Shown: positions 17,150 to 30,601 of the stretch, piece after piece
How the letters are laid out: each line of letters opens with the position of its first letter
How positions within the stretch are numbered: the stretch's first letter is position 1
NCBI RefSeq assembly: GCF_030013595.1
Contig: NZ_CP122768.1
Reading direction: 5' to 3' (one strand)
Length of the DNA: 64,000 nucleotides
From: Escherichia coli
GTDB lineage: Bacteria > Pseudomonadota > Gammaproteobacteria > Enterobacterales > Enterobacteriaceae
Notes under the pieces: generated by a model
The model's database searches: none
What the model saw: only the letters and a program-made list of their open reading frames with translations
What the model was told of the DNA's origin: nothing
Made by a program: the position numbers and the translations under genes

Positions 17150-17647
17150 ATGACTGACAGTGAACTGATGCAGTTAAGCGAACAGGTTGGGCAGGCGCTG
17201 AAAGCCCGTGGCGCAACCGTAACAACTGCTGAGTCTTGTACCGGTGGTTGGGTAGCGAAAGTGATTACCGATATTGCCGGCAGTTCCGCCTGGTTTGAAC
17301 GCGGATTTGTCACCTACAGTAACGAAGCGAAAGCGCAAATGATCGGTGTACGCGAAGAGACGCTGGCGCAGCATGGCGCGGTGAGCGAACCTGTCGTGGT
17401 GGAAATGGCGATAGGCGCACTGAAAGCGGCTCGTGCTGATTATGCCGTGTCTATTAGTGGTATCGCCGGGCCGGATGGCGGCAGTGAAGAGAAGCCTGTC
17501 GGCACCGTCTGGTTTGCTTTTGCCACTGCCCGTGGTGAAGGCATTACCCGGCGGGAATGCTTCAGCGGTGACCGTGATGCGGTGCGTCGTCAGGCTACTG
17601 CGTATGCATTGCAGACCTTGTGGCAACAATTTCTACAAAACACTTGA
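17150..17647 (+). CDS. pncC: NMN amidohydrolase PncC (CinA-like C-terminal domain)
   Basis: 165 aa; directly upstream of recA. Confidence 0.9.
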   Translation: MTDSELMQLSEQVGQALKARGATVTTAESCTGGWVAKVITDIAGSSAWFERGFVTYSNEAKAQMIGVREETLAQHGAVSEPVVVEMAIGALKAARADYAVSISGIAGPDGGSEEKPVGTVWFAFATARGEGITRRECFSGDRDAVRRQATAYALQTLWQQFLQNT

Positions 17648-18788
<1,141 letters not shown>

Positions 18789-18856
18789 TCGTCTTGTTTG
18801 ATACACAAGGGTCGCATCTGCGGCCCTTTTGCTTTTTTAAGTTGTAAGGATATGCC

Positions 18857-19357
18857 ATGACAGAATCAACGTCCCGTCGCCCGGCATATGCTCGCCTGTT
18901 GGATCGTGCGGTACGCATTCTGGCGGTGCGCGATCACAGTGAGCAAGAACTGCGACGTAAACTCGCGGCACCGATTATGGGCAAAAATGGCCCGGAAGAG
19001 ATTGATGCCACGGCAGAAGATTACGAGCGCGTTATTGCCTGGTGCCATGAACATGGCTATCTCGATGACAGCCGATTTGTGGCGCGCTTTATCGCCAGCC
19101 GTAGCCGCAAAGGTTATGGACCTGCGCGTATTCGTCAGGAACTGAATCAGAAAGGTATTTCCCGCGAAGCGACAGAAAAAGCGATGCGTGAATGTGACAT
19201 CGACTGGTGCGCACTGGCGCGCGATCAGGCGACGCGAAAATATGGCGAACCTTTGCCAACTGTCTTTTCAGAAAAAGTTAAGATCCAGCGTTTTCTGCTC
19301 TATCGTGGCTATCTGATGGAAGATATCCAGGATATTTGGCGAAATTTTGCCGACTGA
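18857..19357 (+). CDS. recX: RecA regulator RecX
   Basis: 166 aa immediately downstream of recA. Confidence 0.9.
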   Translation: MTESTSRRPAYARLLDRAVRILAVRDHSEQELRRKLAAPIMGKNGPEEIDATAEDYERVIAWCHEHGYLDDSRFVARFIASRSRKGYGPARIRQELNQKGISREATEKAMRECDIDWCALARDQATRKYGEPLPTVFSEKVKIQRFLLYRGYLMEDIQDIWRNFAD

Positions 19358-19485
19358 ACGCATACGGGATTTTACTTCCCAGTCAAGAAAACTTATCTTA
19401 TTCCCACTTTTCAGTTACCAGCCGGGCGGTTAACAACACGCAACGGCTGGTAGCGATATTTCGTTAGCTTGATTTCAGGATAATT

Positions 19486-22116
19486 ATGAGCAAGAGCACC
19501 GCTGAGATCCGTCAGGCGTTTCTCGACTTTTTCCATAGTAAGGGACATCAGGTAGTTGCCAGCAGCTCCCTGGTACCCCATAACGACCCAACTTTGTTGT
19601 TTACCAACGCCGGGATGAACCAGTTCAAGGATGTGTTCCTTGGGCTCGACAAGCGTAATTATTCCCGCGCTACCACTTCCCAACGCTGCGTGCGTGCGGG
19701 TGGTAAACACAACGACCTGGAAAACGTTGGTTACACCGCGCGTCATCATACCTTCTTCGAAATGCTGGGCAACTTCAGCTTCGGCGACTATTTCAAACAC
19801 GATGCCATTCAGTTTGCATGGGAACTGCTGACCAGCGAAAAATGGTTTGCCCTGCCGAAAGAGCGTCTGTGGGTTACCGTCTATGAAAGCGACGACGAAG
19901 CCTACGAAATCTGGGAAAAAGAAGTAGGGATCCCGCGCGAACGTATTATTCGCATCGGCGATAACAAAGGTGCGCCATACGCATCTGACAACTTCTGGCA
20001 GATGGGTGACACTGGTCCGTGCGGCCCGTGCACCGAAATCTTCTACGATCACGGCGACCACATTTGGGGTGGCCCTCCGGGAAGTCCGGAAGAAGACGGC
20101 GACCGCTACATTGAGATCTGGAACATCGTCTTCATGCAGTTCAACCGCCAGGCAGATGGCACGATGGAACCGCTGCCGAAGCCGTCTGTAGATACCGGTA
20201 TGGGTCTGGAGCGTATTGCTGCGGTGCTGCAACACGTTAACTCTAACTATGACATCGACCTGTTCCGTACGCTGATCCAGGCGGTAGCGAAAGTCACTGG
20301 CGCGACCGATTTGAGCAACAAATCGCTGCGCGTAATCGCTGACCACATTCGTTCTTGTGCGTTCCTGATCGCGGATGGCGTAATGCCGTCCAATGAAAAC
20401 CGTGGTTATGTACTGCGTCGTATCATTCGTCGCGCAGTGCGTCACGGTAATATGCTCGGCGCGAAAGAAACCTTCTTCTACAAACTGGTTGGTCCGCTGA
20501 TCGACGTTATGGGCTCTGCGGGTGAAGACCTGAAACGCCAGCAGGCGCAGGTTGAGCAGGTGCTGAAGACTGAAGAAGAGCAGTTTGCCCGTACTCTGGA
20601 GCGCGGTCTGGCGCTGCTGGATGAAGAGCTGGCAAAACTTTCTGGTGATACGCTGGATGGTGAAACGGCTTTCCGTCTGTACGACACCTATGGCTTCCCG
20701 GTTGACCTGACGGCTGATGTTTGTCGTGAGCGCAACATCAAAGTTGACGAAGCTGGATTTGAAGCAGCAATGGAAGAGCAGCGTCGTCGTGCGCGCGAAG
20801 CCAGCGGCTTTGGTGCCGATTACAACGCAATGATCCGTGTTGACAGTGCATCTGAATTTAAAGGCTATGACCATCTGGAACTAAACGGCAAAGTGACCGC
20901 GCTGTTTGTTGATGGTAAATCGGTTGATGTCATCAATGCAGGCCAGGAAGCTGTGGTCGTGCTGGATCAAACGCCATTCTATGCGGAATCCGGCGGTCAG
21001 GTTGGTGATAAAGGCGAACTGAAAGGCGCTAACTTCTCCTTTGCGGTGGAAGATACGCAGAAATACGGCCAGGCGATTGGTCACATCGGTAAACTTGCTG
21101 CGGGTTCTCTGAAAGTGGGCGACGCGGTGCAGGCTGATGTTGATGAAGCTCGTCGCGCCCGTATTCGTCTGAATCACTCCGCAACGCACCTGATGCACGC
21201 GGCGCTGCGCCAGGCTCTGGGTACTCATGTATCGCAGAAAGGTTCACTGGTTAACGACAAAGTGCTGCGCTTCGACTTCTCACACAACGAAGCGATGAAG
21301 CCAGAAGAGATTCGTGCGGTCGAAGACCTGGTGAACGCACAGATTCGCCGTAACTTGCCGATTGAAACCAACATCATGGATCTCGAAGCGGCGAAAGCGA
21401 AAGGTGCGATGGCACTGTTCGGCGAGAAGTATGATGAGCGCGTACGCGTGCTGAGCATGGGCGATTTCTCCACCGAGCTGTGTGGCGGTACTCACGCCAG
21501 TCGCACCGGTGATATTGGTCTGTTCCGCATCATCTCTGAATCGGGTACTGCTGCAGGCGTTCGTCGTATCGAAGCGGTAACCGGAGAAGGCGCTATCGCC
21601 ACCGTTCATGCAGACAGCGATCGCTTAAACGAAGTCGCGCATCTGCTGAAAGGCGATAGCAATAATCTGGCTGATAAAGTGCGCTCAGTACTGGAACGTA
21701 CGCGTCAGCTGGAAAAAGAGTTACAACAGCTTAAAGAACAAGCTGCCGCACAGGAGAGCGCAAATCTTTCCAGTAAGGCAATTGATGTTAATGGTGTTAA
21801 GCTGTTGGTTAGCGAGCTTAGCGGTGTTGAGCCGAAAATGTTGCGTACCATGGTTGACGATTTAAAAAATCAGCTGGGGTCGACAATTATCGTGCTGGCA
21901 ACGGTAGTCGAAGGTAAGGTTTCTCTGATTGCAGGCGTATCTAAGGACGTCACAGATCGTGTGAAAGCAGGGGAACTGATTGGTATGGTCGCTCAGCAGG
22001 TGGGCGGCAAGGGTGGTGGACGTCCTGACATGGCGCAAGCCGGTGGTACGGATGCTGCGGCCTTACCTGCAGCGTTAGCCAGTGTGAAAGGCTGGGTCAG
22101 CGCGAAATTGCAATAA
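19486..22116 (+). CDS. alaS: Alanine--tRNA ligase
   Basis: 876 aa; class II aaRS catalytic core, editing domain, C-terminal DHHA1-like domain. Confidence 0.97.
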   Translation: MSKSTAEIRQAFLDFFHSKGHQVVASSSLVPHNDPTLLFTNAGMNQFKDVFLGLDKRNYSRATTSQRCVRAGGKHNDLENVGYTARHHTFFEMLGNFSFGDYFKHDAIQFAWELLTSEKWFALPKERLWVTVYESDDEAYEIWEKEVGIPRERIIRIGDNKGAPYASDNFWQMGDTGPCGPCTEIFYDHGDHIWGGPPGSPEEDGDRYIEIWNIVFMQFNRQADGTMEPLPKPSVDTGMGLERIAAVLQHVNSNYDIDLFRTLIQAVAKVTGATDLSNKSLRVIADHIRSCAFLIADGVMPSNENRGYVLRRIIRRAVRHGNMLGAKETFFYKLVGPLIDVMGSAGEDLKRQQAQVEQVLKTEEEQFARTLERGLALLDEELAKLSGDTLDGETAFRLYDTYGFPVDLTADVCRERNIKVDEAGFEAAMEEQRRRAREASGFGADYNAMIRVDSASEFKGYDHLELNGKVTALFVDGKSVDVINAGQEAVVVLDQTPFYAESGGQVGDKGELKGANFSFAVEDTQKYGQAIGHIGKLAAGSLKVGDAVQADVDEARRARIRLNHSATHLMHAALRQALGTHVSQKGSLVNDKVLRFDFSHNEAMKPEEIRAVEDLVNAQIRRNLPIETNIMDLEAAKAKGAMALFGEKYDERVRVLSMGDFSTELCGGTHASRTGDIGLFRIISESGTAAGVRRIEAVTGEGAIATVHADSDRLNEVAHLLKGDSNNLADKVRSVLERTRQLEKELQQLKEQAAAQESANLSSKAIDVNGVKLLVSELSGVEPKMLRTMVDDLKNQLGSTIIVLATVVEGKVSLIAGVSKDVTDRVKAGELIGMVAQQVGGKGGGRPDMAQAGGTDAAALPAALASVKGWVSAKLQ

Positions 22117-22350
22117 TATAAGCGTCAGGCAATGCCGTGGACTCGCTTCACGGCATTCGCATTAACGCTATCGACAACGATAAAGTCAGGTTGAAGTTGT
22201 GTATATCGGCTAAACTTAGGTTTAACAGAATGTAATGCCATGACTGCTTACATGTAATGTGTTTGTCATTGCTTACTTTTTGGCGTTATATGATGGATAA
22301 TGCCGGGATACAGAGAGACCCGACTCTTTTAATCTTTCAAGGAGCAAAGA

Positions 22351-22536
22351 ATGCTGATTCTGACTCGTCGAGTTGGTGAGACTCTCATGATTGGGGATGA
22401 GGTCACCGTGACAGTTTTAGGGGTAAAGGGCAACCAGGTACGTATTGGCGTAAATGCCCCGAAGGAAGTTTCTGTTCACCGTGAAGAGATCTACCAGCGT
22501 ATCCAGGCTGAAAAATCCCAGCAGTCCAGTTACTAA
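22351..22536 (+). CDS. csrA: Carbon storage regulator CsrA
   Basis: 61 aa, [48 protein letters not shown]. Confidence 0.97.
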
Positions 22537-22851
22537 TCTTTCCGCGTCTCATCTTTATCGGTGAGACGCACCCTCAAAATTTCTTCTTCACTCCATTGTC
22601 TTTTCGCTTTACTCCCGTTCATTCAACTTAAGTTTCCATTTTTTTGCATTACTGCTATCTGACAGACCTCCGTTTTTTTGTTGATAAAACACTCTTTTTG
22701 ACGTTTTTACAGACTAATTGAGCGTGAAGTGTGCAAACGATAAAAGTGTGGGAAAAATTGTTTGACTTATAAGTCTCAGAAAGTAATATGTGCGCCACGC
22801 AGCGACGATGAGCGATAAACAAGTTCTTCGAAGCACTCGTAAGAGGCGTGT

Positions 22852-22944
22852 GGTGAGGTGGCCGAGAGGCTGAAGGCGCTCCCCTGCTAAGGGAGTATGC
22901 GGTCAAAAGCTGCATCCGGGGTTCGAATCCCCGCCTCACCGCCA
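22852..22944 (+). tRNA. serV: tRNA-Ser (anticodon GCU), long variable arm
   Basis: 93-nt cloverleaf ending in CCA; anticodon loop CTGCTAA. Confidence 0.9.
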
Positions 22945-22947
22945 TTT

Positions 22948-23024
22948 GCATCCGTAGCTCAGCTGGATAGAGTACTCGGCTACGAACCGAGCGGTCGGAG
23001 GTTCGAATCCTCCCGGATGCACCA
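22948..23024 (+). tRNA. tRNA-Arg (anticodon ACG), copy 1
   Basis: 77 nt GCATCCGTAGCTCAGCTGGATAGAGTACTCGGCTACGAACCGAGCGGTCGGAGGTTCGAATCCTCCCGGATGCACCA. Confidence 0.9.
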
Positions 23025-23139
23025 TATTCTACGTACTTTCAGCGATGAAGGTATAGAAGAGGTGGCGGTAATAACCGCAGGCACCAGGGAGGATAACGTT
23101 GCTTTAGCAACGGCCCGAAGGGCGAGCCGCAAGGCGAGT

Positions 23140-23158
23140 AATCCTCCCGGATGCACCA
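23140..23158 (+). pseudogene. 3'-terminal remnant of a tRNA-Arg copy (AATCCTCCCGGATGCACCA)
   Basis: 19-nt exact match to the 3' end of the flanking tRNA-Arg genes, embedded in an over-long spacer. Confidence 0.5.
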
Positions 23159-23222
23159 TCTCTTACTTGATACGGCTTTAGTAGCGGTATCAAAAAATCT
23201 GCAGTAAAGTAAGTTTCCCGAT

Positions 23223-23299
23223 GCATCCGTAGCTCAGCTGGATAGAGTACTCGGCTACGAACCGAGCGGTCGGAGGTTCGAATCCTCCCGGATGCACCA
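23223..23299 (+). tRNA. tRNA-Arg (ACG), copy 2
   Basis: Identical 77-nt sequence. Confidence 0.9.
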
Positions 23300-23401
23300 T
23301 ATTCTCCGTAATCATCAGTGATGATGGTTAAGATGGATTTTCTTATTTGATATGGCTTTAGTAGCGGTATCAATATCAGCAGTAAAATAAGTTTTCCCGA
23401 T

Positions 23402-23478
23402 GCATCCGTAGCTCAGCTGGATAGAGTACTCGGCTACGAACCGAGCGGTCGGAGGTTCGAATCCTCCCGGATGCACCA
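23402..23478 (+). tRNA. tRNA-Arg (ACG), copy 3
   Basis: Identical 77-nt sequence. Confidence 0.9.
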
Positions 23479-23688
23479 TATTCTCCGTAATCTTCAGCAA
23501 TGAAGGTATCGAAGAGGTAGCGGTTCTAACCGCAGGCACCATCTTCTCCAAAAAATTTCCTTCAAAAATATCTCATTTCTAAATAACTACTTTATCCATT
23601 TCCTGAATTTTCTTCTCCTTCGCCATCAGCGACAAAATCAAGCAATTACGCTAAAGTAGCGTCATATTTTTCGACTTGCGAGAAGACC

Positions 23689-24255
23689 ATGTACGAGCGT
23701 TATGCAGGTTTAATTTTTGATATGGATGGCACAATCCTGGATACGGAGCCTACGCACCGTAAAGCGTGGCGCGAAGTATTAGGGCACTACGGTCTTCAGT
23801 ACGATGTTCAGGCAATGATTGCGCTTAATGGCTCGCCCACCTGGCGTATTGCTCAGGCGATTATTGAGCTGAATCAGGCCGATCTCGACCCGCATGCGTT
23901 AGCGCGTGAAAAAACAGAAGCAGTAAGAAGTATGCTGCTGGATAGTGTCGAGCCGCTTCCTCTTGTTGAAGTGGTGAAAAGCTGGCATGGTCGTCGCCCA
24001 ATGGCTGTAGGAACGGGGAGTGAAAGCGCCATCGCTGAGGCATTGCTGGCGCACCTGGGATTACGCCGTTATTTTGACGCCGTCGTCGCTGCTGATCACG
24101 TCAAACACCATAAACCCGCGCCAGACACATTTTTGTTGTGCGCGCAGCGTATGGGCGTGCAACCGACACAGTGTGTGGTCTTTGAAGATGCCGATTTCGG
24201 TATTCAGGCGGCCCGTGCAGCAGGCATGGACGCTGTGGATGTTCGCTTGCTGTGA
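23689..24255 (+). CDS. yqaB: HAD-superfamily sugar phosphatase (fructose-1-phosphate phosphatase)
   Basis: 188 aa; HAD motif I near the N-terminus (IFDMDGTILDT). Confidence 0.85.
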   Translation: MYERYAGLIFDMDGTILDTEPTHRKAWREVLGHYGLQYDVQAMIALNGSPTWRIAQAIIELNQADLDPHALAREKTEAVRSMLLDSVEPLPLVEVVKSWHGRRPMAVGTGSESAIAEALLAHLGLRRYFDAVVAADHVKHHKPAPDTFLLCAQRMGVQPTQCVVFEDADFGIQAARAAGMDAVDVRLL

Positions 24256-24665
24256 GTGAAGCGTTATCGCTTTTCTCGTTGTTTGCCAGTAGTTTTCTCA
24301 GCGCTACACTATTACCCGGCAACTCCGAAGTCGTGCTGGTGGCAATGTTGCTTTCCGGGATCAGTCATCCCTGGGTTTTAGTTTTAACAGCAACAATGGG
24401 TAATAGCCTTGGAGGGTTAACTAACGTTATCCTTGGGCGTTTCTTTCCATTGCGTAAAACATCGCGCTGGCAAGAGAAAGCTACCGGCTGGCTGAAACGC
24501 TATGGTGCAGTCACGCTATTATTAAGCTGGATGCCCGTGGTTGGCGATTTACTGTGTCTGTTAGCGGGATGGATGCGCATCTCCTGGGGGCCGGTAATCT
24601 TTTTTTGTGCCTTGGTAAAGCGTTACGCTATGTTGCAGTTGCAGCAGCGACCGTTCAGGGCATGA
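24252..24665 (+). CDS. yqaA: Small inner-membrane protein YqaA (DedA-related)
   Basis: 137-aa hydrophobic ORF overlapping yqaB stop; start codon approximate. Confidence 0.8.
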   Translation: MSEALSLFSLFASSFLSATLLPGNSEVVLVAMLLSGISHPWVLVLTATMGNSLGGLTNVILGRFFPLRKTSRWQEKATGWLKRYGAVTLLLSWMPVVGDLLCLLAGWMRISWGPVIFFCALVKRYAMLQLQQRPFRA

Positions 24666-24724
24666 TGTGGTGGCACTAATTGTAGGCCTGCACATATGGT
24701 CACCATTACAGTTATGCTAATTAA

Positions 24725-26308
<1,584 letters not shown>

Positions 26309-26316
26309 CAGAAAAG

Positions 26317-26389
26317 AAAAAGGCCACTCGTGAGTGGCCAAAATTTCATCTCTGAATTCAGGGATGATGATAACAAATGCGCGTCTTTC
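26317..26389 (-). ncRNA. micA: MicA (SraD) Hfq-dependent sRNA with intrinsic terminator
   Basis: Minus strand reads GAAAGACGCGCATTTGTTATCATCATCCCTGAATTCAGAGATGAAATTTTGGCCACTCACGAGTGGCCTTTTT, matching MicA as I recall it; located between gshA and luxS. Confidence 0.85.
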
Positions 26390-26457
26390 ATATACTCAGA
26401 CTCGCCTGGGAAGAAAGAGTTCAGAAAATTTTTAAAAAAATTACCGGAGGTGGCTAA

Positions 26458-26973
26458 ATGCCGTTGTTAGATAGCTTCACAGTCGATCATACCCGGATGG
26501 AAGCGCCTGCAGTTCGGGTGGCGAAAACAATGAACACCCCGCATGGCGACGCAATCACCGTGTTCGATCTGCGCTTCTGCGTGCCGAACAAAGAAGTGAT
26601 GCCAGAAAGAGGGATCCATACCCTGGAGCACCTGTTTGCTGGTTTTATGCGTAACCATCTTAACGGTAATGGCGTAGAGATTATCGATATCTCGCCAATG
26701 GGCTGCCGCACCGGTTTTTATATGAGTCTGATTGGTACGCCAGATGAGCAGCGTGTCGCTGATGCCTGGAAAGCGGCAATGGAGGACGTGCTGAAAGTGC
26801 AGGATCAGAATCAGATCCCGGAACTGAACGTCTACCAGTGTGGCACTTACCAGATGCACTCGTTGCAGGAAGCGCAGGATATTGCGCGTAGCATTCTGGA
26901 ACGTGACGTACGCATCAACAGCAACGAAGAGCTGGCGCTACCGAAAGAGAAGTTGCAGGAACTGCACATCTAG
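26458..26973 (+). CDS. luxS: S-ribosylhomocysteine lyase (AI-2 synthase)
   Basis: 171 aa; HxxEH metal motif (HTLEHL). Confidence 0.95.
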
Positions 26974-26999
26974 TCAGTAAACTATCTTCACAATTAATT

Positions 27000-27024
27000 G
27001 AATAAATATCCTCCGGCATAGCCG
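27000..27024 (+). terminator. Rho-independent terminator of luxS
   Basis: CCTCCGGC-ata-GCCGGAGG hairpin followed by TTTTT. Confidence 0.7.
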
Positions 27025-27029
27025 GAGGT

Positions 27030-27708
27030 TTTTCAAATGCGCCTATAAGGCTCTCTTACCAGCCGCGCCCTAACAGGCGCACACGATCTGACATTTGCAT
27101 CCAACTTCGTTACTTACGGCCCGTAAACGGGCTGCCCGGATAGGGAATCGATAACTGATCTCCCATTTTATCCTCTTCAAGCTGGTGCTTTATGTAATCC
27201 TGTATCTTCGCCGTGTTCTTACCCACTGTATCGACGTAGTACCCTCTGCACCAGAACTCCCTGTTCCTGTATTTGAATTTCAAATCACCAAACTGCTCGT
27301 AAAGCATCAGACTGCTTTTCCCTTTCAGATATCCCATAAACCCGGATACGCTCATTTTGGGCGGGATCTCCACAAGCATATGGATATGATCTGCACAGCA
27401 TTCAGCTTCCAGAATCCGTACGCTTTTCCACTCACACAGCTTTCTCAAAATACTGCCTATTGCTCTACGCTTCTCTCTGTAGAACACCTGTCTTCGGTAT
27501 TTTGGCGCAAAAACTATGTGATATTTACAGTTCCATCGGGTGTGCGCTAAGCTCTTTTCGTTCCCCATTGGGACCCCCTTTTGATTTCTTGTTTGACACT
27601 TGCAGTTGCCAGACCGCAAGGTGTTTTAACAAATCAAAAGGGGTTTTAATAACTGGCTCAAAGCTGAAAGCTTTCCGGAACCCCCAGCCTAGCTGGGGGT
27701 TTTCTGTG
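27030..27708 (-). mobile_element. IS200-family insertion sequence (IS200/IS605 family); ends approximate
   Basis: HUH tnpA ORF; left end (high coordinates) has two hairpins typical of IS200: cccccagc..gctggggg terminator-like hairpin and a long stem-loop occluding the tnpA RBS; lies between convergent luxS and emrB terminators. Confidence 0.8.
27110..27568 (-). CDS. tnpA: IS200 transposase TnpA (HUH single-strand transposase)
   Basis: 152 aa from MGNEKSLAHTRWNCKYHIVFAPKYRRQ; HxH motif (HIHMLV) and catalytic Tyr (RGYYVDT). Confidence 0.9.
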   Translation of the reverse strand: MGNEKSLAHTRWNCKYHIVFAPKYRRQVFYREKRRAIGSILRKLCEWKSVRILEAECCADHIHMLVEIPPKMSVSGFMGYLKGKSSLMLYEQFGDLKFKYRNREFWCRGYYVDTVGKNTAKIQDYIKHQLEEDKMGDQLSIPYPGSPFTGRK

Positions 27709-27711
27709 CAC

Positions 27712-27738
27712 AAAAAAGCCAGTTCAAATGAACTGGCT
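27712..27738 (-). terminator. Rho-independent terminator of emrRAB
   Basis: Minus-strand hairpin GCCAGTTCA-ttt-GAACTGGC followed by TTTTTT, immediately after emrB stop. Confidence 0.7.
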
Positions 27739-27747
27739 TAGTTGTAC

Positions 27748-29286
27748 TTAGTGCGCACCACCTCCGCCGCCACCTGCGCCAAATGGCGGTTTAGCAAACC
27801 ACACCAGCCCCAGCAGGACGAGGAATATCCCGGCTGACATCCAGAAGATCTCATTGGCGGAAATTATCAGCCCCTGATTGGTGATCTGCTGGGCAATCCA
27901 GCCTGATGCCTGCTGTTGCGTCATTCCCAGTCCTTCCAGTTGACTGTACATCGCCTGGGCATTCGGGTTGAACGGGTTTACCGACTCGGTTAACTGTGCG
28001 TGGTGCATCGACTCGCGGTTGGTCCACATGGTGGTGGTGATGGATGTGCCGATAGACCCCGCCAGCGTTCGCGTAAAGTTAGAGAGGCTCGATGCCGCCG
28101 CCAGTCGTTCCGGTGGCAAACCAGACAGCGTAATGGTGGTCAGCGGCATAAAGAAGCAGGCCACCGCAAAACCCTGGATAAACTGCGGCCAGGCCGACGC
28201 GCCAAAATCCATACCTGGTTCAAAGGTATAGGCACGCCAGTAGAAGCAGACGGCATACATAATAAAGCTGAAGGTTACCAGCCGCCGCATATCCAGTTTA
28301 TGCGCGAAGCGGCCGATAATCGGCGACAGGATCACCGGAATAATCCCTACCGGCGCAGAGGCCAGACCTGCCCACGTTGCCGTGTAACCGTAGACCTCCT
28401 GCAACAACTGCGGCAGCAGAACAATCGCGCCGAAGTAGAGCATATACGCGAGGCTGATACACAAGCAGCCGATGGTGAAGTTGCGCGACTTAAACAACGA
28501 CAGATCGACTATCGGGTTATCGTCGGTCAGCTCCCAGACAATCAGGAAGCAGATAGCCACCACCGCCACCACGGTGAGGATGATAATTTCCTGTGATGAG
28601 AACCAGTCCAGCTCTTTACCGCGGTCGAGCATAATCTGCAGGCTGCCGATACCAATAACCAGCAGTGCCAGCCCCACGGCATCAATCCGCCGCCGTTCGG
28701 TGCGGGTTTCACGTCCGCGCAGAGTTTGCAGTGTCATCAACACCACCGCCACGCCAATCGGCACGTTGATGAAGAATATCCAGCCCCAGTGGTAATTATC
28801 GCTGATATAACCGCCGAGGATCGGGCCGCAAATTGGCGCGACAATCACCGTCATCGACCACAACGCCAGTGCGATCGAGCGTTTGGCTGGTGGGTAGTTA
28901 TTCAGCAATAGACTTTGCGAAAGCGGAATTAACGGCCCGGCGACAATCCCCTGAATCACGCGGAAGAAGATCAGCATATTCAGGCTGCTGGAGACACCAC
29001 ACGCCCACGACGCAATAGCAAAGGCGATGGTGGACCAGAGGAACAGTTTCACTTCCCCGACGCGCTTTGCCAGCCAGCCGGTAAGCGGGATCGAGATGGC
29101 ATTCGCCACCCCGAAAGAAGTGATTACCCACGTTCCCTGGCTGAGCGATGAGCCCAGATTCCCGGCGATAGTGGGGATCGCCACGTTAGCAATGGTGGAG
29201 TCCAGCACCTGCATGAATGTCGCCAGTGACAGCGCAATCGTCATAATGACCAGTTGCGCGCCTTCCAGCGGTTTTTGCTGTTGCAT
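27748..29286 (-). CDS. emrB: Multidrug efflux MFS permease EmrB (14-TMS DHA2 family)
   Basis: 512 aa from MQQQKPLEGAQLVIMTIALS; C-terminal poly-Gly tail. Confidence 0.95.
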   Translation of the reverse strand: MQQQKPLEGAQLVIMTIALSLATFMQVLDSTIANVAIPTIAGNLGSSLSQGTWVITSFGVANAISIPLTGWLAKRVGEVKLFLWSTIAFAIASWACGVSSSLNMLIFFRVIQGIVAGPLIPLSQSLLLNNYPPAKRSIALALWSMTVIVAPICGPILGGYISDNYHWGWIFFINVPIGVAVVLMTLQTLRGRETRTERRRIDAVGLALLVIGIGSLQIMLDRGKELDWFSSQEIIILTVVAVVAICFLIVWELTDDNPIVDLSLFKSRNFTIGCLCISLAYMLYFGAIVLLPQLLQEVYGYTATWAGLASAPVGIIPVILSPIIGRFAHKLDMRRLVTFSFIMYAVCFYWRAYTFEPGMDFGASAWPQFIQGFAVACFFMPLTTITLSGLPPERLAAASSLSNFTRTLAGSIGTSITTTMWTNRESMHHAQLTESVNPFNPNAQAMYSQLEGLGMTQQQASGWIAQQITNQGLIISANEIFWMSAGIFLVLLGLVWFAKPPFGAGGGGGGAH

Positions 29287-29302
29287 TACACGCACCTCTG
29301 GA

Positions 29303-30475
29303 TTAGCCAGCGTTAGCTTTTACGATATCGTCGATCAGTTTATTGACAGGTGCCAGGCTGATTTCACGCGCGGTGCTTACCGCTACCGGTGTGGAACGTA
29401 CTTTATTTGCCAGTACCTGACCGTCACGGTTAGTGGTATTGACGCTCACCAGCGTGGATAAACCGATACGCAGCGGGTATTGCTCCAGCTGTTTTTGGTC
29501 CAGTTCGATACGAACAGGCAGACGCTGAACGACTTTGATCCAGTTACCAGTCGCATTTTGCGCCGGAAGCAGTGAGAACGCGCTACCTGTGCCCATATCC
29601 AGACCAACCACTTTACCGGTGTATTTCACATCATCGCCGTAAATATCGGTGGTGATGGTGACCGGCTGACCGATGCGCATATTGGCAATCTGCGTCTCTT
29701 TAAAGTTGGCATCCACCCACATATTGGTGGCTGGAACGACCGCCATCAGCGGCGTCGTTGGGCTAATTTGTGCCCCAGGCTGTACCGCGCGGCGGGAGAC
29801 ATAACCGGTCATCGGACTGACAATACGAGTACGCTCCAGCGCCAGCCAGGCGTTACGTACTTCGGTGGCAGCCTGTTGCACGGCAGGCTGATCTTCCAGT
29901 TTAGTCCCCAGAATCATCGCCTGATTGGCATTGTATTGTTGAATCGCGACGTCCAGTTGCGCCTGGGCACTGGTGACGGCGTCGCGGGCGTGTTGCAACT
30001 CTTCGCGACCAATCAGGTTGGCATTGCCCAGCGGCACACGGCGGTTGTAGTCGCTTTGTGCTTTCGCGAGGGCGATTTTTTGCACCTCAATATTCGCCTG
30101 CAACTGTTTGCTGTTAATCATCAGCTGGTGGGTTTGGCGAACGCTGGAAGCCAGTGCAGTTTTGGCTTTTTCAAACGCCTGGCGAGCATCTGTCGGGTCG
30201 AGAGTGACCAGCACATCGCCTTCTTTTACAAAATCGGTGTTATCGGCCCAGACTTTCGTCACGCTGCCAGACACCTGAGACATAATTTGAATCTGATTCC
30301 CTGCCACGTATGCGTCATCAGTTTCTTCGAAATGACGCAGTACTAAAAACCAATAAATCCCTATCGCTACGGCAATAATTATAAAGAGCAAGGTGAGAAG
30401 GAGGAGCAGACGCTTACGTTTGCCGCTCTTCTTTACCGGTTGCTGCGGGGTTTGAGTCTCCGCATTTGCGCTCAT
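29303..30475 (-). CDS. emrA: Multidrug efflux membrane fusion protein EmrA
   Basis: 390 aa from MSANAETQTPQQPVKK; single N-terminal TM segment, coiled-coil, lipoyl/beta-barrel domains. Confidence 0.95.
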   Translation of the reverse strand: MSANAETQTPQQPVKKSGKRKRLLLLLTLLFIIIAVAIGIYWFLVLRHFEETDDAYVAGNQIQIMSQVSGSVTKVWADNTDFVKEGDVLVTLDPTDARQAFEKAKTALASSVRQTHQLMINSKQLQANIEVQKIALAKAQSDYNRRVPLGNANLIGREELQHARDAVTSAQAQLDVAIQQYNANQAMILGTKLEDQPAVQQAATEVRNAWLALERTRIVSPMTGYVSRRAVQPGAQISPTTPLMAVVPATNMWVDANFKETQIANMRIGQPVTITTDIYGDDVKYTGKVVGLDMGTGSAFSLLPAQNATGNWIKVVQRLPVRIELDQKQLEQYPLRIGLSTLVSVNTTNRDGQVLANKVRSTPVAVSTAREISLAPVNKLIDDIVKANAG

Positions 30476-30601
30476 ATTGTTCTCCACGATCTTCTTAACT
30501 CATCGGCTGAGCCGACCTGCTTGCCAAAAAGGCCAGCATGTTGCGATGCTGGCCAGTCATTTTTTCTTTTATAAATCTGGATTTTTGAGCGAGATGACGC
30601 G

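Noticed and set aside
19411-20874. 487-aa minus-strand ORF antisense to alaS
   Set aside because: Lies entirely inside the highly conserved alaS coding sequence, has an Arg/Val-rich low-complexity translation and no RBS context; typical shadow ORF of a GC-rich gene.
22655-23551. Four ORF-track ORFs (98, 94, 89 and 78 aa) overlapping the serV/tRNA-Arg array
   Set aside because: They run through tRNA genes on both strands and their translations are repeats of tRNA-derived sequence; not coding.
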